The notes below the pieces were generated by a model. It did no database searches and was not told the origin of the DNA. It was given only the letters and a program-made list of their open reading frames with translations. A stretch of 64,000 bases of DNA from Candidatus Latescibacterota bacterium (GTDB taxonomy: Bacteria; Latescibacterota; UBA2968; UBA8231), in the NCBI GenBank assembly GCA_965217585.1, contig OZ244561.1, positions 4,832,001-4,896,000 of the forward strand. The letters are read 5' to 3'. Shown here piece after piece: positions 17,916 to 28,071 of the stretch. Position 1 is the first letter of the stretch, and each line of letters begins with the position of its first letter. Both the position numbers and the translations under genes were made by a program.

Positions 17916-19835
17916 TCAATAGTAGTAGAACGCATAAACCAGCGCCGAGCCGCCGACGCCGACGCAGGTGCCCAAGATCAGGCCAATAAAAAAGGGTAGC
18001 AGGGTGCGGTAGAGCCGGATGCCGCCGTAGCGCAGGGCCAGGAGTTTGATCAGCCAGGCTAAGAAAATCCCGAACCAGTCGATGGAGACGGTGTTGGTCA
18101 GGGCGATGCCTAGTCCCACTGGATGCAGGGGCCAGCCGGCGAAGCGGTACTGAGCCAGCGAGAGCAGCCCGGCGAGACCCGCGCCGATGGCGAGGAACAC
18201 GGCCACCAGCGGCGAGGCCGGGTTGGGGTTGTTGATCGAGTTGGCGACCCAGGACCAATGGTATTGCGGTGAGGAGACGAAGTACCAGCCATAGCCGTGG
18301 ATCAGTCCGTGGCGGTAACCCAGCCATATATAGCAGACCATGGTGGTTATGAGGCCGACGATCATGGCGGCGGACAAAAAGACCACCAGCTTGCGCCCGC
18401 TGATGTTGAGCCGGGCTGGCTCACAGACCTTGAAGGCGTGGGCGAGGGTGCCCATCAGAAAGAGCTGCAAGTCGGCCGTCCAGACCATGCTCAGCCCCAT
18501 CGCGCTCAGTCCTTGGGCACCAAAAGGGGCGGTACCGAAGAGATTGGTCAAGATCGGCGGCACGGAGACCGGGGCGCGCAGGCGGCCGATTCCGGTCTGG
18601 GCCAACAGGCGGGCAATGCCAAAGAAAATCACCAGTGCGACCAGCAAAAAGACGATGCTCCAGACCAAACTCAGACCGCTGGCCCAGAGAAAGCCGCTCA
18701 TGTACGTCAGCCCGACAAGTCCAAGCAGAGCAGCGACACGTGGCGAGATCGGGCTGTCGCGGTCTGGGCCACCGCCGATGATCAGCCGCCACTGGCGACG
18801 GAGGAAGTGGCGCGACATCCACAGCGAAATCCCGACGATGCACGCGAGTGAGCCAATCTGCTGATGGGCTAGCAGCACGTTGGGTGGTGCGTGGGGCTGG
18901 GCCGGCAGCGAGACGGCAATGCCTAGCCAGTTGAGCAGGGCGCCTTCGGCGGCGATGAGTAGGTGAAAAAACCAGACGCTGAACAGCACGTTGAGGCCAA
19001 CCAGATAGCTCAAGCCCACGACCAGCAGGTCGGTGTTAAGCCCGTAGCTAAGCCCGAATTGACGGATCTCGATGCGGCCGCCGGGGATGCCGAAGCCGTG
19101 AATGATCTCGATGTCTAATACTTGGTCGAGCATATTGACGGTTGGCAGCACCCAGGCGATGAGAAACCCCAGCCACAACAGCTTGCTCTTGAGAATGGAC
19201 GCGGTGGGGTTTTCTAGGCTCTCAAGGAGCATGTTGGGGACGGCGGCGAGTGGGTACACCAAGCGCTCTTGGCGCGACCACTGGTGGTGGACGAGGCTAA
19301 TCAGCGCGATGCTGACTAAGAAGAAGGCCAGCATGAAGAGGCCCCACCACAACAGCGGCCCGGCCCACAAGGCCCAAGGCACGGGCGCGGAGGCATCCGC
19401 TCCTTCAAAAAGCTGGCGGATCGCTTCGAGGTCGCGGGGGACGGCCCAGTGGGGGATGTGCGGCCAGAGTAGGTCGGACCAGTTGTTTTCTGGGGTGGCG
19501 TAGTAAAAGACGCCGGCGATTAAAGGGATGAAGTAGCCGCCAAAGCCCATTGAGGGCAGCACTACGGCGACCATAAGCGCGGCATAGACCAAGGCGAAAT
19601 TGGTCGGCGAGAGGCGCAAGAGCGGGTGGAGCAGGCGCAGCGCGAGGGCGACGACTGTGAGCCAGAAGATCAGGAAGATGACGCCGACGGTGTTGAAGTG
19701 ATCGGTCAGCCCTGTGTAGCTTCCATAGAGAACGTAGGTCCGCACACTGGTAAAGGTCATGCAGACGGTAAAGACTAGAACGAGGACGAAGGAGAAACAG
19801 GTGCCGAGGAAAGAAGTTACAGGGGGGCGAGGCAT
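17916..19835 (-). CDS. DUF6785/DUF6784 polytopic membrane protein
   Basis: FYYATPENNW, QW...ERLVYPL, WPLHPVG, LRYGG..LYR..LPFFIGLILG; start likely MPRPP at 19835. Confidence 0.85.
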   Translation of the reverse strand: MPRPPVTSFLGTCFSFVLVLVFTVCMTFTSVRTYVLYGSYTGLTDHFNTVGVIFLIFWLTVVALALRLLHPLLRLSPTNFALVYAALMVAVVLPSMGFGGYFIPLIAGVFYYATPENNWSDLLWPHIPHWAVPRDLEAIRQLFEGADASAPVPWALWAGPLLWWGLFMLAFFLVSIALISLVHHQWSRQERLVYPLAAVPNMLLESLENPTASILKSKLLWLGFLIAWVLPTVNMLDQVLDIEIIHGFGIPGGRIEIRQFGLSYGLNTDLLVVGLSYLVGLNVLFSVWFFHLLIAAEGALLNWLGIAVSLPAQPHAPPNVLLAHQQIGSLACIVGISLWMSRHFLRRQWRLIIGGGPDRDSPISPRVAALLGLVGLTYMSGFLWASGLSLVWSIVFLLVALVIFFGIARLLAQTGIGRLRAPVSVPPILTNLFGTAPFGAQGLSAMGLSMVWTADLQLFLMGTLAHAFKVCEPARLNISGRKLVVFLSAAMIVGLITTMVCYIWLGYRHGLIHGYGWYFVSSPQYHWSWVANSINNPNPASPLVAVFLAIGAGLAGLLSLAQYRFAGWPLHPVGLGIALTNTVSIDWFGIFLAWLIKLLALRYGGIRLYRTLLPFFIGLILGTCVGVGGSALVYAFYYY

Positions 19836-19999
19836 GGATGAATTGTGAATAGGGGTGAGAAGAGAAATGGGCTTCTTTATATCTTTATAATAGAACAGAT
19901 GGGGGGAACGTAGGCAATGATGCACAGACGCAGCGTCTCGTCCCACACTTGGCAAGCCCTAACACGAAAAAAAACGCTCGGCGCGGAGGAAAACCCTGT

Positions 20000-20281
20000 A
20001 TGCAGTGGCCTGAGATATGCAGAAGCCATCCCGATACATGGCTGATTGTTGAGGCGTTAGAAGCCCATACAACCCCTGATTCGCGGCGACGCCTTGATCG
20101 CTTAACGGTTGTTGAGAAATGTCCCGATGGCAAAGCCGCCATGAAACGGTATCGGTTCCTTCACCAGCAGTATCCCGAACGGGAGTTTTACTTTATCCAT
20201 ACCAGTCGTGACTCACTTGATATTCAAGTGCAACAGTGGTTGGGAATCCGCGCCCCGCATGCAACTGGTACGAAAGTTTGA
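20000..20281 (+). CDS. Small hypothetical protein of a type usually paired with a retropepsin-like aspartyl protease
   Basis: MQW.EI...PD.WLIVEALEAH...YPERE.YF.HTSR..L.I....WLGIR; GGAGGA RBS. Confidence 0.7.
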   Translation: MQWPEICRSHPDTWLIVEALEAHTTPDSRRRLDRLTVVEKCPDGKAAMKRYRFLHQQYPEREFYFIHTSRDSLDIQVQQWLGIRAPHATGTKV

Positions 20282-20369
20282 AATCAATGGGATTTTGGGG
20301 ATGGATTTCCTGACGGAAGCTAAGGCCATCATCAATCTGCAGGCGATGAGTCTTACATTCAATGGATGA
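20259..20369 (+). pseudogene. Internally deleted retropepsin-like aspartyl protease (36 aa)
   Basis: Translates MQLVRK-FEINGILGMDFLTEAKAIINLQAMSLTFNG*; C-terminal GILG.DFL motif present, catalytic DTG absent. Confidence 0.75.
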
Positions 20370-22176
20370 GCGTGCCGATGCCAACTTGGCCTGGCGCTTA
20401 GGTTGGCTCGTCCTCGCCCTCGCCCTCGCAGTGCGGGTCGCCTATATCTTCGAAGCAGATGCGAGTCCACTCTTTGTACATCCAGCAGTCGATGCCAAAA
20501 CGTACGCGCACCACGCCCAGCGCTTAGCTGCGGGCAACTGGTTGGGTGTCGGCGAGGGGCCGTTTTGGCAGCCGCCGCTCTACCCGTACTTCCTCGGGGC
20601 GGTAAAGGTTCTTTTTCCAGAGTCATTTTTTTACGCCGTGCGCTTTGTGCAGGCCCTGTTAGGGGCGCTGGTCTGCGCGATGAGTTGGTGGGTCGGTCGC
20701 GCTTTGTTCAATCCGGCGGTGGGGTTGCTCGCTGGGGTCGGCACAGCGCTGTGCGGGCCGCTGATCTTTTTTGACGGCGAGCTGTTGCCGGCTTCATTGG
20801 CCGCCTTCGTCGATCTGCTGGCCCTGGTAGTGCTTTTGCGCGTATGGCGTCGTCCGAGCCGTTGGGGCTTTTTGGGTGCTGGGGCGGCCTTTGGCGTCGG
20901 TGCGCTGGCCGTGCCGACGGTGCTGACCTTTGCGGTCGCCGTGCCCATTGTCCTCTTATGGCGCGCTCCTCGTCGGCAGGGCTTGGTCTGGGCCGGTGCG
21001 TTCTCGCTCGGGGTCATCTTGGCTATCGCGCCGGTGGCTTGGCGCAACTGGGCCATCGGCGGCGACGGGGTAGGGATTTCCTACAACGCGGGGATCAACC
21101 TGTACATCGGCAACAATCCCAACTATGCAGCAACCGTGGCCATCCGCCCAGGGTGGGAATGGGACGATTTAGTCACTCAACCGGCGCGGGAGGGGATTGA
21201 GCGACCTTCGGCCAAGTCGGCGTATTTTGCCGAGCGAGCTTGGGACTACATCAGTGGCGATCCGACTGGGTGGCTGGGATTGATGAGGCGTAAGCTGGGG
21301 GCGTTTTGGCACGGCGACGAGCGAGGGCGCAACCAGCCGATTTACTTCTGGCGCACCTACTCAACGGTGCTGTCGGCGACCCTGTGGAAAGCGGGTATTG
21401 CTTTCCCCTTTGGTTTGGTGGCCCCTCTGGCGCTGTGGGGAATGTTGCTGAGTCTGCGGCGAATTGGGCCGACGTGGCCGCTGCTGTACGTGCTGAGCTA
21501 TTGTCTGGGGGTGGTCGCGTTTTTTGTGGCGGCGCGCTACCGGGTGCCAGTGCTGCCGGTGCTCATAGTCTTTGCCGCCTACGGGTTGTGGGCGCTGTGG
21601 GACTGGGGACGAGCGGGCTGTTGGCGCAGCTTGGGGCTGGGGTTGGTTATCTGCTCGGCCTTTGCGCTGGCGGCCAATAGCCACCTAGCGCCGATGGACA
21701 TGGAGGGGGATGCGGCCATCCACTACAATCTGGGCAACGCGTATGCCGAGGCTGACGACAAAGAGCAGGGACTGGCGGCGTTTGAGCGGGCGGTGGCGGA
21801 AGACCCCGAGTACTGGCAGGCGTGGTTGAATCTAGGTGGGGTCAAGGCGGCGCTGGGCGATCTCGCAGGCGGTGAAGAAATTTTTGCGCGAGTGGCGCAA
21901 AAGGCCCCGCGGCAAGTCGAGCCGTGGATGAACTTGGCGCACGTGCGGATCATGCAGCGAGACCTAGAGGGGGCTTTTAGTTACTACGAGTCCGCGCTCG
22001 CGGCTAATCCCAAGTTGCTACCAGCCTACGTGGAGATGATCCGCCTCTACGGGCAGATGGGCGATCTAGCCCAGGCGGCGCACGTTCTCCAGCGGGCGGT
22101 CGATCATTTGCCCGCCCAGCGCGAGCGCTTGCGTCAGTTTTACGAAGAGATACAGATGCGGGCGTTGGGCCGCTAA
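20362..22176 (+). CDS. ArnT/PMT-like (GT39/GT83-type) membrane glycosyltransferase with C-terminal TPRs
   Basis: VDA.TY, PFWQPPLYPYFLG, GINLYIGNNP, ARYRVP; HYNLG TPRs. Confidence 0.85.
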   Translation: MDERADANLAWRLGWLVLALALAVRVAYIFEADASPLFVHPAVDAKTYAHHAQRLAAGNWLGVGEGPFWQPPLYPYFLGAVKVLFPESFFYAVRFVQALLGALVCAMSWWVGRALFNPAVGLLAGVGTALCGPLIFFDGELLPASLAAFVDLLALVVLLRVWRRPSRWGFLGAGAAFGVGALAVPTVLTFAVAVPIVLLWRAPRRQGLVWAGAFSLGVILAIAPVAWRNWAIGGDGVGISYNAGINLYIGNNPNYAATVAIRPGWEWDDLVTQPAREGIERPSAKSAYFAERAWDYISGDPTGWLGLMRRKLGAFWHGDERGRNQPIYFWRTYSTVLSATLWKAGIAFPFGLVAPLALWGMLLSLRRIGPTWPLLYVLSYCLGVVAFFVAARYRVPVLPVLIVFAAYGLWALWDWGRAGCWRSLGLGLVICSAFALAANSHLAPMDMEGDAAIHYNLGNAYAEADDKEQGLAAFERAVAEDPEYWQAWLNLGGVKAALGDLAGGEEIFARVAQKAPRQVEPWMNLAHVRIMQRDLEGAFSYYESALAANPKLLPAYVEMIRLYGQMGDLAQAAHVLQRAVDHLPAQRERLRQFYEEIQMRALGR

Positions 22177-22185
22177 TAGAAAAAA

Positions 22186-23865
22186 TTAAGGGCCTGGCTG
22201 GACGACTCTGAGCACTTGGTTGGCGGCGACCTTTTCTATGGTCTGATGCGTCCCGTCCGGCCAGCGGATTTCCACTTGGGCACTTGTTGCCGCGCCCAGC
22301 CCGAAGTGCAAGCGCGGGTCGTGGCTGGCCAGATAGCTGCCGCCCGATTGCCGCTCCTGCACTTGGCGCACCCCGTCGGCTACAACTTCTACCCGCGTTC
22401 CTAAGCCGTCGGGGTGGCTCTTTCCCACCAGTAGAATTTGCAAATAGTGCCGGGTATTGCCGCCGTCGTTGCGCAACAGCCGTGGCTGGGCTGCTACCGT
22501 GGTCACTAGGAGGTCGAGGTCGCCGTCGTCGTCGTAGTCGGCCACCGCCGTGGCTCGCCCGGCGTTGGCCCTTTGGAAATCCGCTCCCAATGCGGCCGAG
22601 ACGTCGGCAAAGCGGCGGCCGGCGTCGTTGCGGAACATCTGGTTGGGCTGCCGATAGGTCTGGCTCGAATCCACTTCCGCAATGCGGTTGATGACGTGGC
22701 CGTTGGCGGCGAACAGGTCGAGGTCGCCGTCGTTGTCGTAGTCGAAGAACTTGGTGCCAAAGCCGAGGGGCCGGTACGAGGGATCGGCCAGCCCCAAGCG
22801 CTGGGTGGCGACGGCGAATTGGCCTTGGCCGTCGTTGCGGTAGAGGGCATTGGTTTCAAAGGCGAAGTTGGTGACGAAGAGGTCGAAATCGCCATCGTGG
22901 TCGTAGTCGCCAAAATCGACGCCCATGCCCGCGTCGGCGTGCCCGTGCTCGTTGTAGCGAGTGCCGGCAATCAAGCCGACTTCGGCGAAGGTGCTGTGCT
23001 GGTTGGCGTAGAGGAAGTTCATGGTGCCGTCGTTAGCCACGTAGAGGTCGGTGTCGCCGTCGCGGTCGTAGTCGGCTAGCGCGACGCCCAGCCCCTTGCC
23101 CTTGAGTGTGATGCCGGTCTCTTCGGTGACGTCGGCGAAGGTATCGCCGTCGTTGCGGTAGAGGAGGTCGCCGGTGGGATCGTACACGCTAGGCTCGCAG
23201 TACGCGCGCACTTGGCCCTGCTGGCAGATGGCGTCGTCGTCGAGGGTATAGCGCACGTAGTTGGCGACGAAGAGATCGAGGTCGCCGTCGAGGTCGTAGT
23301 CGAGGAAGCCGGCACTGGTACCCCAGCGCGGATCTGCTAGGCCAGCCGAAGTTTTGGCAAAGATGCCGTGGTCGTTGCGGTAGAGGGCGTTGGGTCCGTA
23401 ATTGGCGACGAACAGGTCGGGGTCGCCGTCGGCATCGTAGTCTGCGGCGGCAACGCCAAAGCCGTAGCCGGGGTCGGCGCTGCCGCTGTGGGCGGTGACG
23501 TCGGTGAAGGTGCCCGCGCCTGCGTTGCGATAGAGGCGGTTGATCGGCGGTGGGTCTGGGGGATGACCGGTTAGGTAGGTGCCGTTGGCGAGGTAGAGGT
23601 CGAGGCGGCCGTCGCCGTCGTAGTCGAGGAAGGCGGCACCAGCACCAAAGGTTTCGACATAGTAGTATTCGCCGGAAAAGCCGTTGTAGTGGACGAAGTC
23701 GATACCAGCGTCGGCTCCGGCGTCGGCGAAATGTACCGGCGGTGCTGGGGGGTCTTGGGGGGCGCAGGCGCAGAGGGCGAGGGCGAGGGCAAGGCCCCAG
23801 ATCTGCACTTGAAATCGGATACGCGAACGTGCAGACTGCGCGACCTCTGTTATTTTTAAGCACAT
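22186..23865 (-). CDS. CRTAC1-family (FG-GAP + ASPIC/UnbV) lipoprotein
   Basis: Repeated DYDxDGDxDL; SGGSYLASHDPRLHFGLG, IRWPDG; LCAC lipobox (GTG at 23808 is an alternative start). Confidence 0.92.
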   Translation of the reverse strand: MCLKITEVAQSARSRIRFQVQIWGLALALALCACAPQDPPAPPVHFADAGADAGIDFVHYNGFSGEYYYVETFGAGAAFLDYDGDGRLDLYLANGTYLTGHPPDPPPINRLYRNAGAGTFTDVTAHSGSADPGYGFGVAAADYDADGDPDLFVANYGPNALYRNDHGIFAKTSAGLADPRWGTSAGFLDYDLDGDLDLFVANYVRYTLDDDAICQQGQVRAYCEPSVYDPTGDLLYRNDGDTFADVTEETGITLKGKGLGVALADYDRDGDTDLYVANDGTMNFLYANQHSTFAEVGLIAGTRYNEHGHADAGMGVDFGDYDHDGDFDLFVTNFAFETNALYRNDGQGQFAVATQRLGLADPSYRPLGFGTKFFDYDNDGDLDLFAANGHVINRIAEVDSSQTYRQPNQMFRNDAGRRFADVSAALGADFQRANAGRATAVADYDDDGDLDLLVTTVAAQPRLLRNDGGNTRHYLQILLVGKSHPDGLGTRVEVVADGVRQVQERQSGGSYLASHDPRLHFGLGAATSAQVEIRWPDGTHQTIEKVAANQVLRVVQPGP

Positions 23866-23896
23866 GCCTATTAATCACTAACCAGGAGAATGGACG

Positions 23897-24088
23897 ATGC
23901 CATTTATCAACGTGAAGATGTTCGCGGGGCGTTCCGCCGAGCAGAAGCGGGCCTTAGTCGAAGCTCTGACCCAGGCCATGGTGGATACCTGCAACGCGCC
24001 CCGAGAGGGGACGACGGTAGTGCTCGAAGAATGCGAGCGCGAGCACTGGGCCGTTGGTGGGGTGCTGGTGGCGGACCGCCCACAATAA
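23897..24088 (+). CDS. 4-oxalocrotonate tautomerase family protein
   Basis: Pro-1 (MPFINV), GRSAEQKRAL, WAVGG; AGGAG RBS. Confidence 0.92.
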   Translation: MPFINVKMFAGRSAEQKRALVEALTQAMVDTCNAPREGTTVVLEECEREHWAVGGVLVADRPQ

Positions 24089-24104
24089 GGTGGAAAAGGC
24101 CAAG

Positions 24105-25646
24105 TCACAGCACGTGGGCCAAAGCTACGGCGATGAGCAGGCCAAAGGAGATCCAGCCTAGCAGGGCCTCGACGACAGCGAGGAGTTTGAGCTTGCCCGT
24201 CGCGTCCCAGGCGCGGGAGTTGACGTGGATGAAGGTATAGAGGCTGAAGACGATGCAGTCGGCGAGGGTGGGCTGGTCTGCGCCGGAAGCGGGGTGCATG
24301 GAGTTAGGAGCTGTGCGGTACGCCAAGCCGCAGAGGAGGATAATGGCGAGCATGAAGGCGATTATTCGCTGGGGGGCCGTGCCGTAATCTGCACTCAAAC
24401 GCCACAGTTCCAGGCCCCAGCGCGCTGGCTCGTTATAGGAGCGCGCAAGGCGTTGGTGGTCCATGCGTTCGGCGTGGCAGGCCGCGGCGTCGCCGTTCAA
24501 GCCTTGGGCTAGGAATTGGTGGTACAGGGCGGCGTAGGTTGGGTCGAGGGAGGCAGCGTGGGTTGAGTCGGCTGCGGCGAGATGGCCTGCTAGCTGGGAC
24601 CAGTGCGCTTGGATGCGGCCGAAGCGCGGCTGGTGCAAGTAGAGGCGGCTGTCAGCGGCGAAGGTCGAATCCGCTCCGGCTGGCCGCAGGTCAATCAGGG
24701 CGAAGGCGGCGCGGCTCAGGTCGAGGGAGCGGTTGAAGAATGCACCGAGGCGGATGACGCGGCCCTCGCTCTCGCTGAAGTCGGCTTCTTGGCGGAAATA
24801 AGCGCCATCAAAGCGGGCTTGGCCAAAGGTCGCGCTGCGAAAGCGCGCTGCCCGCGCGAAGGTGAAGTCGGCAAAGGATGCCTCGCCGCTGAAACGCGCT
24901 CGGTCGAAGGCGACCTCTCCGTCGGCACGTCCGCTGGCGAAGGACACCTCCTCAGCGAAGCGCGCGTCCCAAAACAGCGCCTGATCGGCGAAGCGGACTC
25001 CAGCGAAAGATAGAGGTTGTGCCCAAGCGGTTTCCTTGAAGGAAGCAATTCCGGCGAAGGTGGCGTCGGTGAAGGTGGCTGGCGCGGCAAAGGCGGCCTG
25101 CTCGAAATAGGCGGCGTTGTCGAATTGGGTTTGGGCGAAGTTGGCGCTATGGCCGGCAAAGCGCGCGCCGACGAAAGAGGCGACTCCGGCGAAGCGGCTT
25201 GCGGTTAGGTCGGCATCGCCGAGGAAGTGGGTCTTTTGGAAGGTTGCGTGCTTGGCCAGGTGGCTTGCGCGCAGGGAGAAGGCGGCGGTAAAACGCGCTT
25301 CGGCAAAGGAGAGGCCACCGGCGAAGTGGGCGCGTTCAAAGCGCACCGGGGCGAGGAACGCGACTTGGCTGAAGGATACTTCGTCGAGAAAGTACACTTC
25401 CTCTAAGTCGAGGGGGACGCGCAGGGTGTCGAGTCCTGAAGTGGGCGCAAACAGGCGTCCGTGGAAGGAGACCTGCCGGTGGACGACGGCTGGGCCGTTT
25501 GCCGGGCGTTGTAGCTGGGCGATTAGCGTCTCAATGGGAAGTAGGGGAAGGGTTTGGCCGGCGATGGTGGTATCGGCCGCGGGCGTCTGGGCGCTCAAGG
25601 CGGTGCTCAAGAAGAGCAAGGCAGCAAATGAGAGTTTTGGTAGCAT
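24105..25646 (-). CDS. Pentapeptide-repeat protein with C-terminal two-TM channel-like domain
   Basis: Signal peptide; A.F.G.A.F pentapeptide repeats; DYG.APQR, FSLYTF, KLLAVVEALLGW. Confidence 0.8.
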   Translation of the reverse strand: MLPKLSFAALLFLSTALSAQTPAADTTIAGQTLPLLPIETLIAQLQRPANGPAVVHRQVSFHGRLFAPTSGLDTLRVPLDLEEVYFLDEVSFSQVAFLAPVRFERAHFAGGLSFAEARFTAAFSLRASHLAKHATFQKTHFLGDADLTASRFAGVASFVGARFAGHSANFAQTQFDNAAYFEQAAFAAPATFTDATFAGIASFKETAWAQPLSFAGVRFADQALFWDARFAEEVSFASGRADGEVAFDRARFSGEASFADFTFARAARFRSATFGQARFDGAYFRQEADFSESEGRVIRLGAFFNRSLDLSRAAFALIDLRPAGADSTFAADSRLYLHQPRFGRIQAHWSQLAGHLAAADSTHAASLDPTYAALYHQFLAQGLNGDAAACHAERMDHQRLARSYNEPARWGLELWRLSADYGTAPQRIIAFMLAIILLCGLAYRTAPNSMHPASGADQPTLADCIVFSLYTFIHVNSRAWDATGKLKLLAVVEALLGWISFGLLIAVALAHVL

Positions 25647-25660
25647 ACGGGCTGTTGACG

Positions 25661-27033
25661 TTCAAAAGCGCAGCGTGGCGATGGCTGATAGGCCGCCCTT
25701 GGGGTCCGGAACCAAACCGACCGAGACCCGGCGGGCTTCAGGTTTCAGGTGGAGCTTAGCTGAAAGGGGCTTGCGCCATAGTTCCGACGCAATCGTCGCA
25801 CCAACAACAGGACTCAAAAGGACACTCCAGGCTAGTAAACCCTCACGACCTTTCCAGCGGGGATTTTCTCTTAAAGCAGAAGGTACTGCTACCCCCGCCA
25901 GTGCACTGCCCGCGAGTGTTCTGCGGAAATTATCCTGCGTACCAACCCCGTTCACGCCAACCGCGGCTCCAACTATAGTGCCGCCCTGAAAGCCAAAATA
26001 AACATCGACAGGGCCAAACGTCATCAACGCGAAGGTCGCTCCAAGACCTCCGCCAACGAGACCCCCTAGCCCACCGGCTGCCAACTTTTTGACAATCCGT
26101 ATGCCGGTCCCCCCTTCCCTTTCCCTCACCTTTGGCGGCTCTGTGCTGTTCTGCGATACTTCGATCGACTTACCGCAGTTGGCAAAGGCGATATTGTCTA
26201 CCGTGAGCAACCCACCTGTCTCGGCGTATAGGCAGCGCAGGCCGTCTCGTATCGCGGCGTTGAATACGTCGGCGAGGCCGCTACGCTTAATGACAATGCC
26301 ATACCAGTCGGCCCCCAACGAAGTAGTCGCCGCCGAACGAAAGACGATGCCGCCCGCATGGGCATGGAGCTGCCCTTCGACGATCAGTTCCGCTTGGGTA
26401 GAGTCCAAGCCGCCTTGGGTATCATCGTGGTAGGGCAGAAAGTGGACCTGCGTATCGGGCGCAAGGGTCAGGGTCGCTCCCGACGCAATGGTCACATCGC
26501 CGCCGACATACACCGTGTCGCGCCACGTCGTGTCCTGTTCGATCCGGCCCGTCCAGTAGTCGAGAGAAGTTTCTATAGTTTTCGTCTGTGCCGAGAGACT
26601 ATCGTCGCTAGCGGCTAAGGACGGTTCGTTTGCCAGCCGGGGTTCGGCCAAGATTTGCACCATCAGAGTATCGTCGCCCACGACTATGGTCTGGTAGCCC
26701 GCTGGCAGAGGTTCGGCCATTTGCACCACCAAGGTATCGCCGTTCACGACCAAGGTCTGGTAGCCGTCTGGAGCGGCTATCGCCGGCTGAGTCAACAGCC
26801 CGCATAAGACGAGTAGGGACATGAAGCGGTTCAGTTGGGCAAACATGCTTGTCTCATGTATGAATTATCTAGATGCACCATTCAAAAGCGCAGCGTAGCG
26901 ATGGCTGATAGGCCCCCCTTGGGGGCCGGAACCAGACCGACCGAGACGCGGCGGACTTCAGGCTTCAAGTGGAGCTTAGCCGAAAGGGGCTTGCGCCATC
27001 GTTCCGACGCAATCGTTGCACCAACAATAGGAC
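25661..27033. repeat. Direct repeat pair 25661-25813 and 26881-27033
   Basis: About 12 mismatches over 153 bp by manual comparison. Confidence 0.9.
25662..26846 (-). CDS. Secreted hypothetical protein with glycine zipper and shared C-terminal module
   Basis: Signal peptide; internal duplicated GYQT.VV..DTL.VQ; G.I..DTTW.DTVYV.GDVT; ends ATLRF. Confidence 0.7.
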   Translation of the reverse strand: MFAQLNRFMSLLVLCGLLTQPAIAAPDGYQTLVVNGDTLVVQMAEPLPAGYQTIVVGDDTLMVQILAEPRLANEPSLAASDDSLSAQTKTIETSLDYWTGRIEQDTTWRDTVYVGGDVTIASGATLTLAPDTQVHFLPYHDDTQGGLDSTQAELIVEGQLHAHAGGIVFRSAATTSLGADWYGIVIKRSGLADVFNAAIRDGLRCLYAETGGLLTVDNIAFANCGKSIEVSQNSTEPPKVREREGGTGIRIVKKLAAGGLGGLVGGGLGATFALMTFGPVDVYFGFQGGTIVGAAVGVNGVGTQDNFRRTLAGSALAGVAVPSALRENPRWKGREGLLAWSVLLSPVVGATIASELWRKPLSAKLHLKPEARRVSVGLVPDPKGGLSAIATLRF

Positions 27034-27796
27034 CTAAAAAGGCACTCAAGACAGATATAGCTCCGAAAATTCCGGAGGCAGTTTCATTATTGACATCGGC
27101 AAACATAAAAACTACACCATAAGGCACTCCTGACCCTAACAGCGCACTGCCCGCGAGTGTTATGAGGAAATTATCTTGCGGATCAACCCAGCTCACGCCA
27201 GCCGCAGTTCCAACCAAGTTGCCACCCCAAAAGCCAAAAAGGGCAGGAATCTCGTTGCCAAAATCACCGTCGTCGCCCGACACCATGAGGGCCCCTCCTA
27301 CGAGACCACCCCCGATACCTCCCAGCACGCCGGTCACCAACTTTTTGCCCATCCGTGTATCGGCTTTATAGTCCGTTCCTACAGAAAGCGTATCCAGTGT
27401 CCCTTCAAACCCGCCATCGGCACGGCTAACAGCTACCTGAGCACTGTTACGCTCTACCGTTTCTGAGGAAGGTGCTCCCATTAGGGTCAGCCTTTGAATG
27501 CGATCCACGGCGATCCGCTGCGGCCTACCGTTTCGCTCCAAGACCAAGGTCAACACCTCTGCGTCGACAGATTGAACGTAACCTCTAGTCGTAACCAGTT
27601 GTTCCCACTCCCTCAAGATCGGATGCGGCTTATCCTGTATGTGGATGACCACCGCCAAGGCCCCCACTTCCACCGTGCTGATGTCGATCTCGCTGGCCTC
27701 CAACACCACTTCTGCCCGCACAGCCGCTGGCCAGCACAATCCCGAGATCAGGACGAAGGCCGCAATGCGCTTTTCCATCTCAACCATCCTCGGCAT
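26882..27796 (-). CDS. Secreted hypothetical protein with glycine zipper and shared C-terminal module
   Basis: Signal peptide; GGIGGGLVGG; last ~50 aa nearly identical to those of 25662-26846. Confidence 0.7.
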   Translation of the reverse strand: MPRMVEMEKRIAAFVLISGLCWPAAVRAEVVLEASEIDISTVEVGALAVVIHIQDKPHPILREWEQLVTTRGYVQSVDAEVLTLVLERNGRPQRIAVDRIQRLTLMGAPSSETVERNSAQVAVSRADGGFEGTLDTLSVGTDYKADTRMGKKLVTGVLGGIGGGLVGGALMVSGDDGDFGNEIPALFGFWGGNLVGTAAGVSWVDPQDNFLITLAGSALLGSGVPYGVVFMFADVNNETASGIFGAISVLSAFLGPIVGATIASERWRKPLSAKLHLKPEVRRVSVGLVPAPKGGLSAIATLRF

Positions 27797-28071
27797 TTGA
27801 TGCCTGTTGGCTTATTTATTGAGTTTCAAAGGCGCGGCGACGGCTGACCGGCTTCCTCTATGATTTGGCAACCATCGCCGCTAATTATTAGTGGTCTTAA
27901 TATAGAACCCGAAAAGAGGCCTATAAGAGCACCGGTCGCCAACTTTTTTGGCAGTTCGGCGGAAAACCAAGCAGGAAAGGGATGGCCCGTGAGAGATAGG
28001 GCATGGCCGGAGTTAGCGGACCTTCGGCGCGAGACCTTCTTGCGGGAACGGGGATACAGAGGATGTCGATT

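Noticed and set aside
27826-27852. Possible relic of a third ATLRF-tail gene
   Set aside because: Similarity too short and gapped to support
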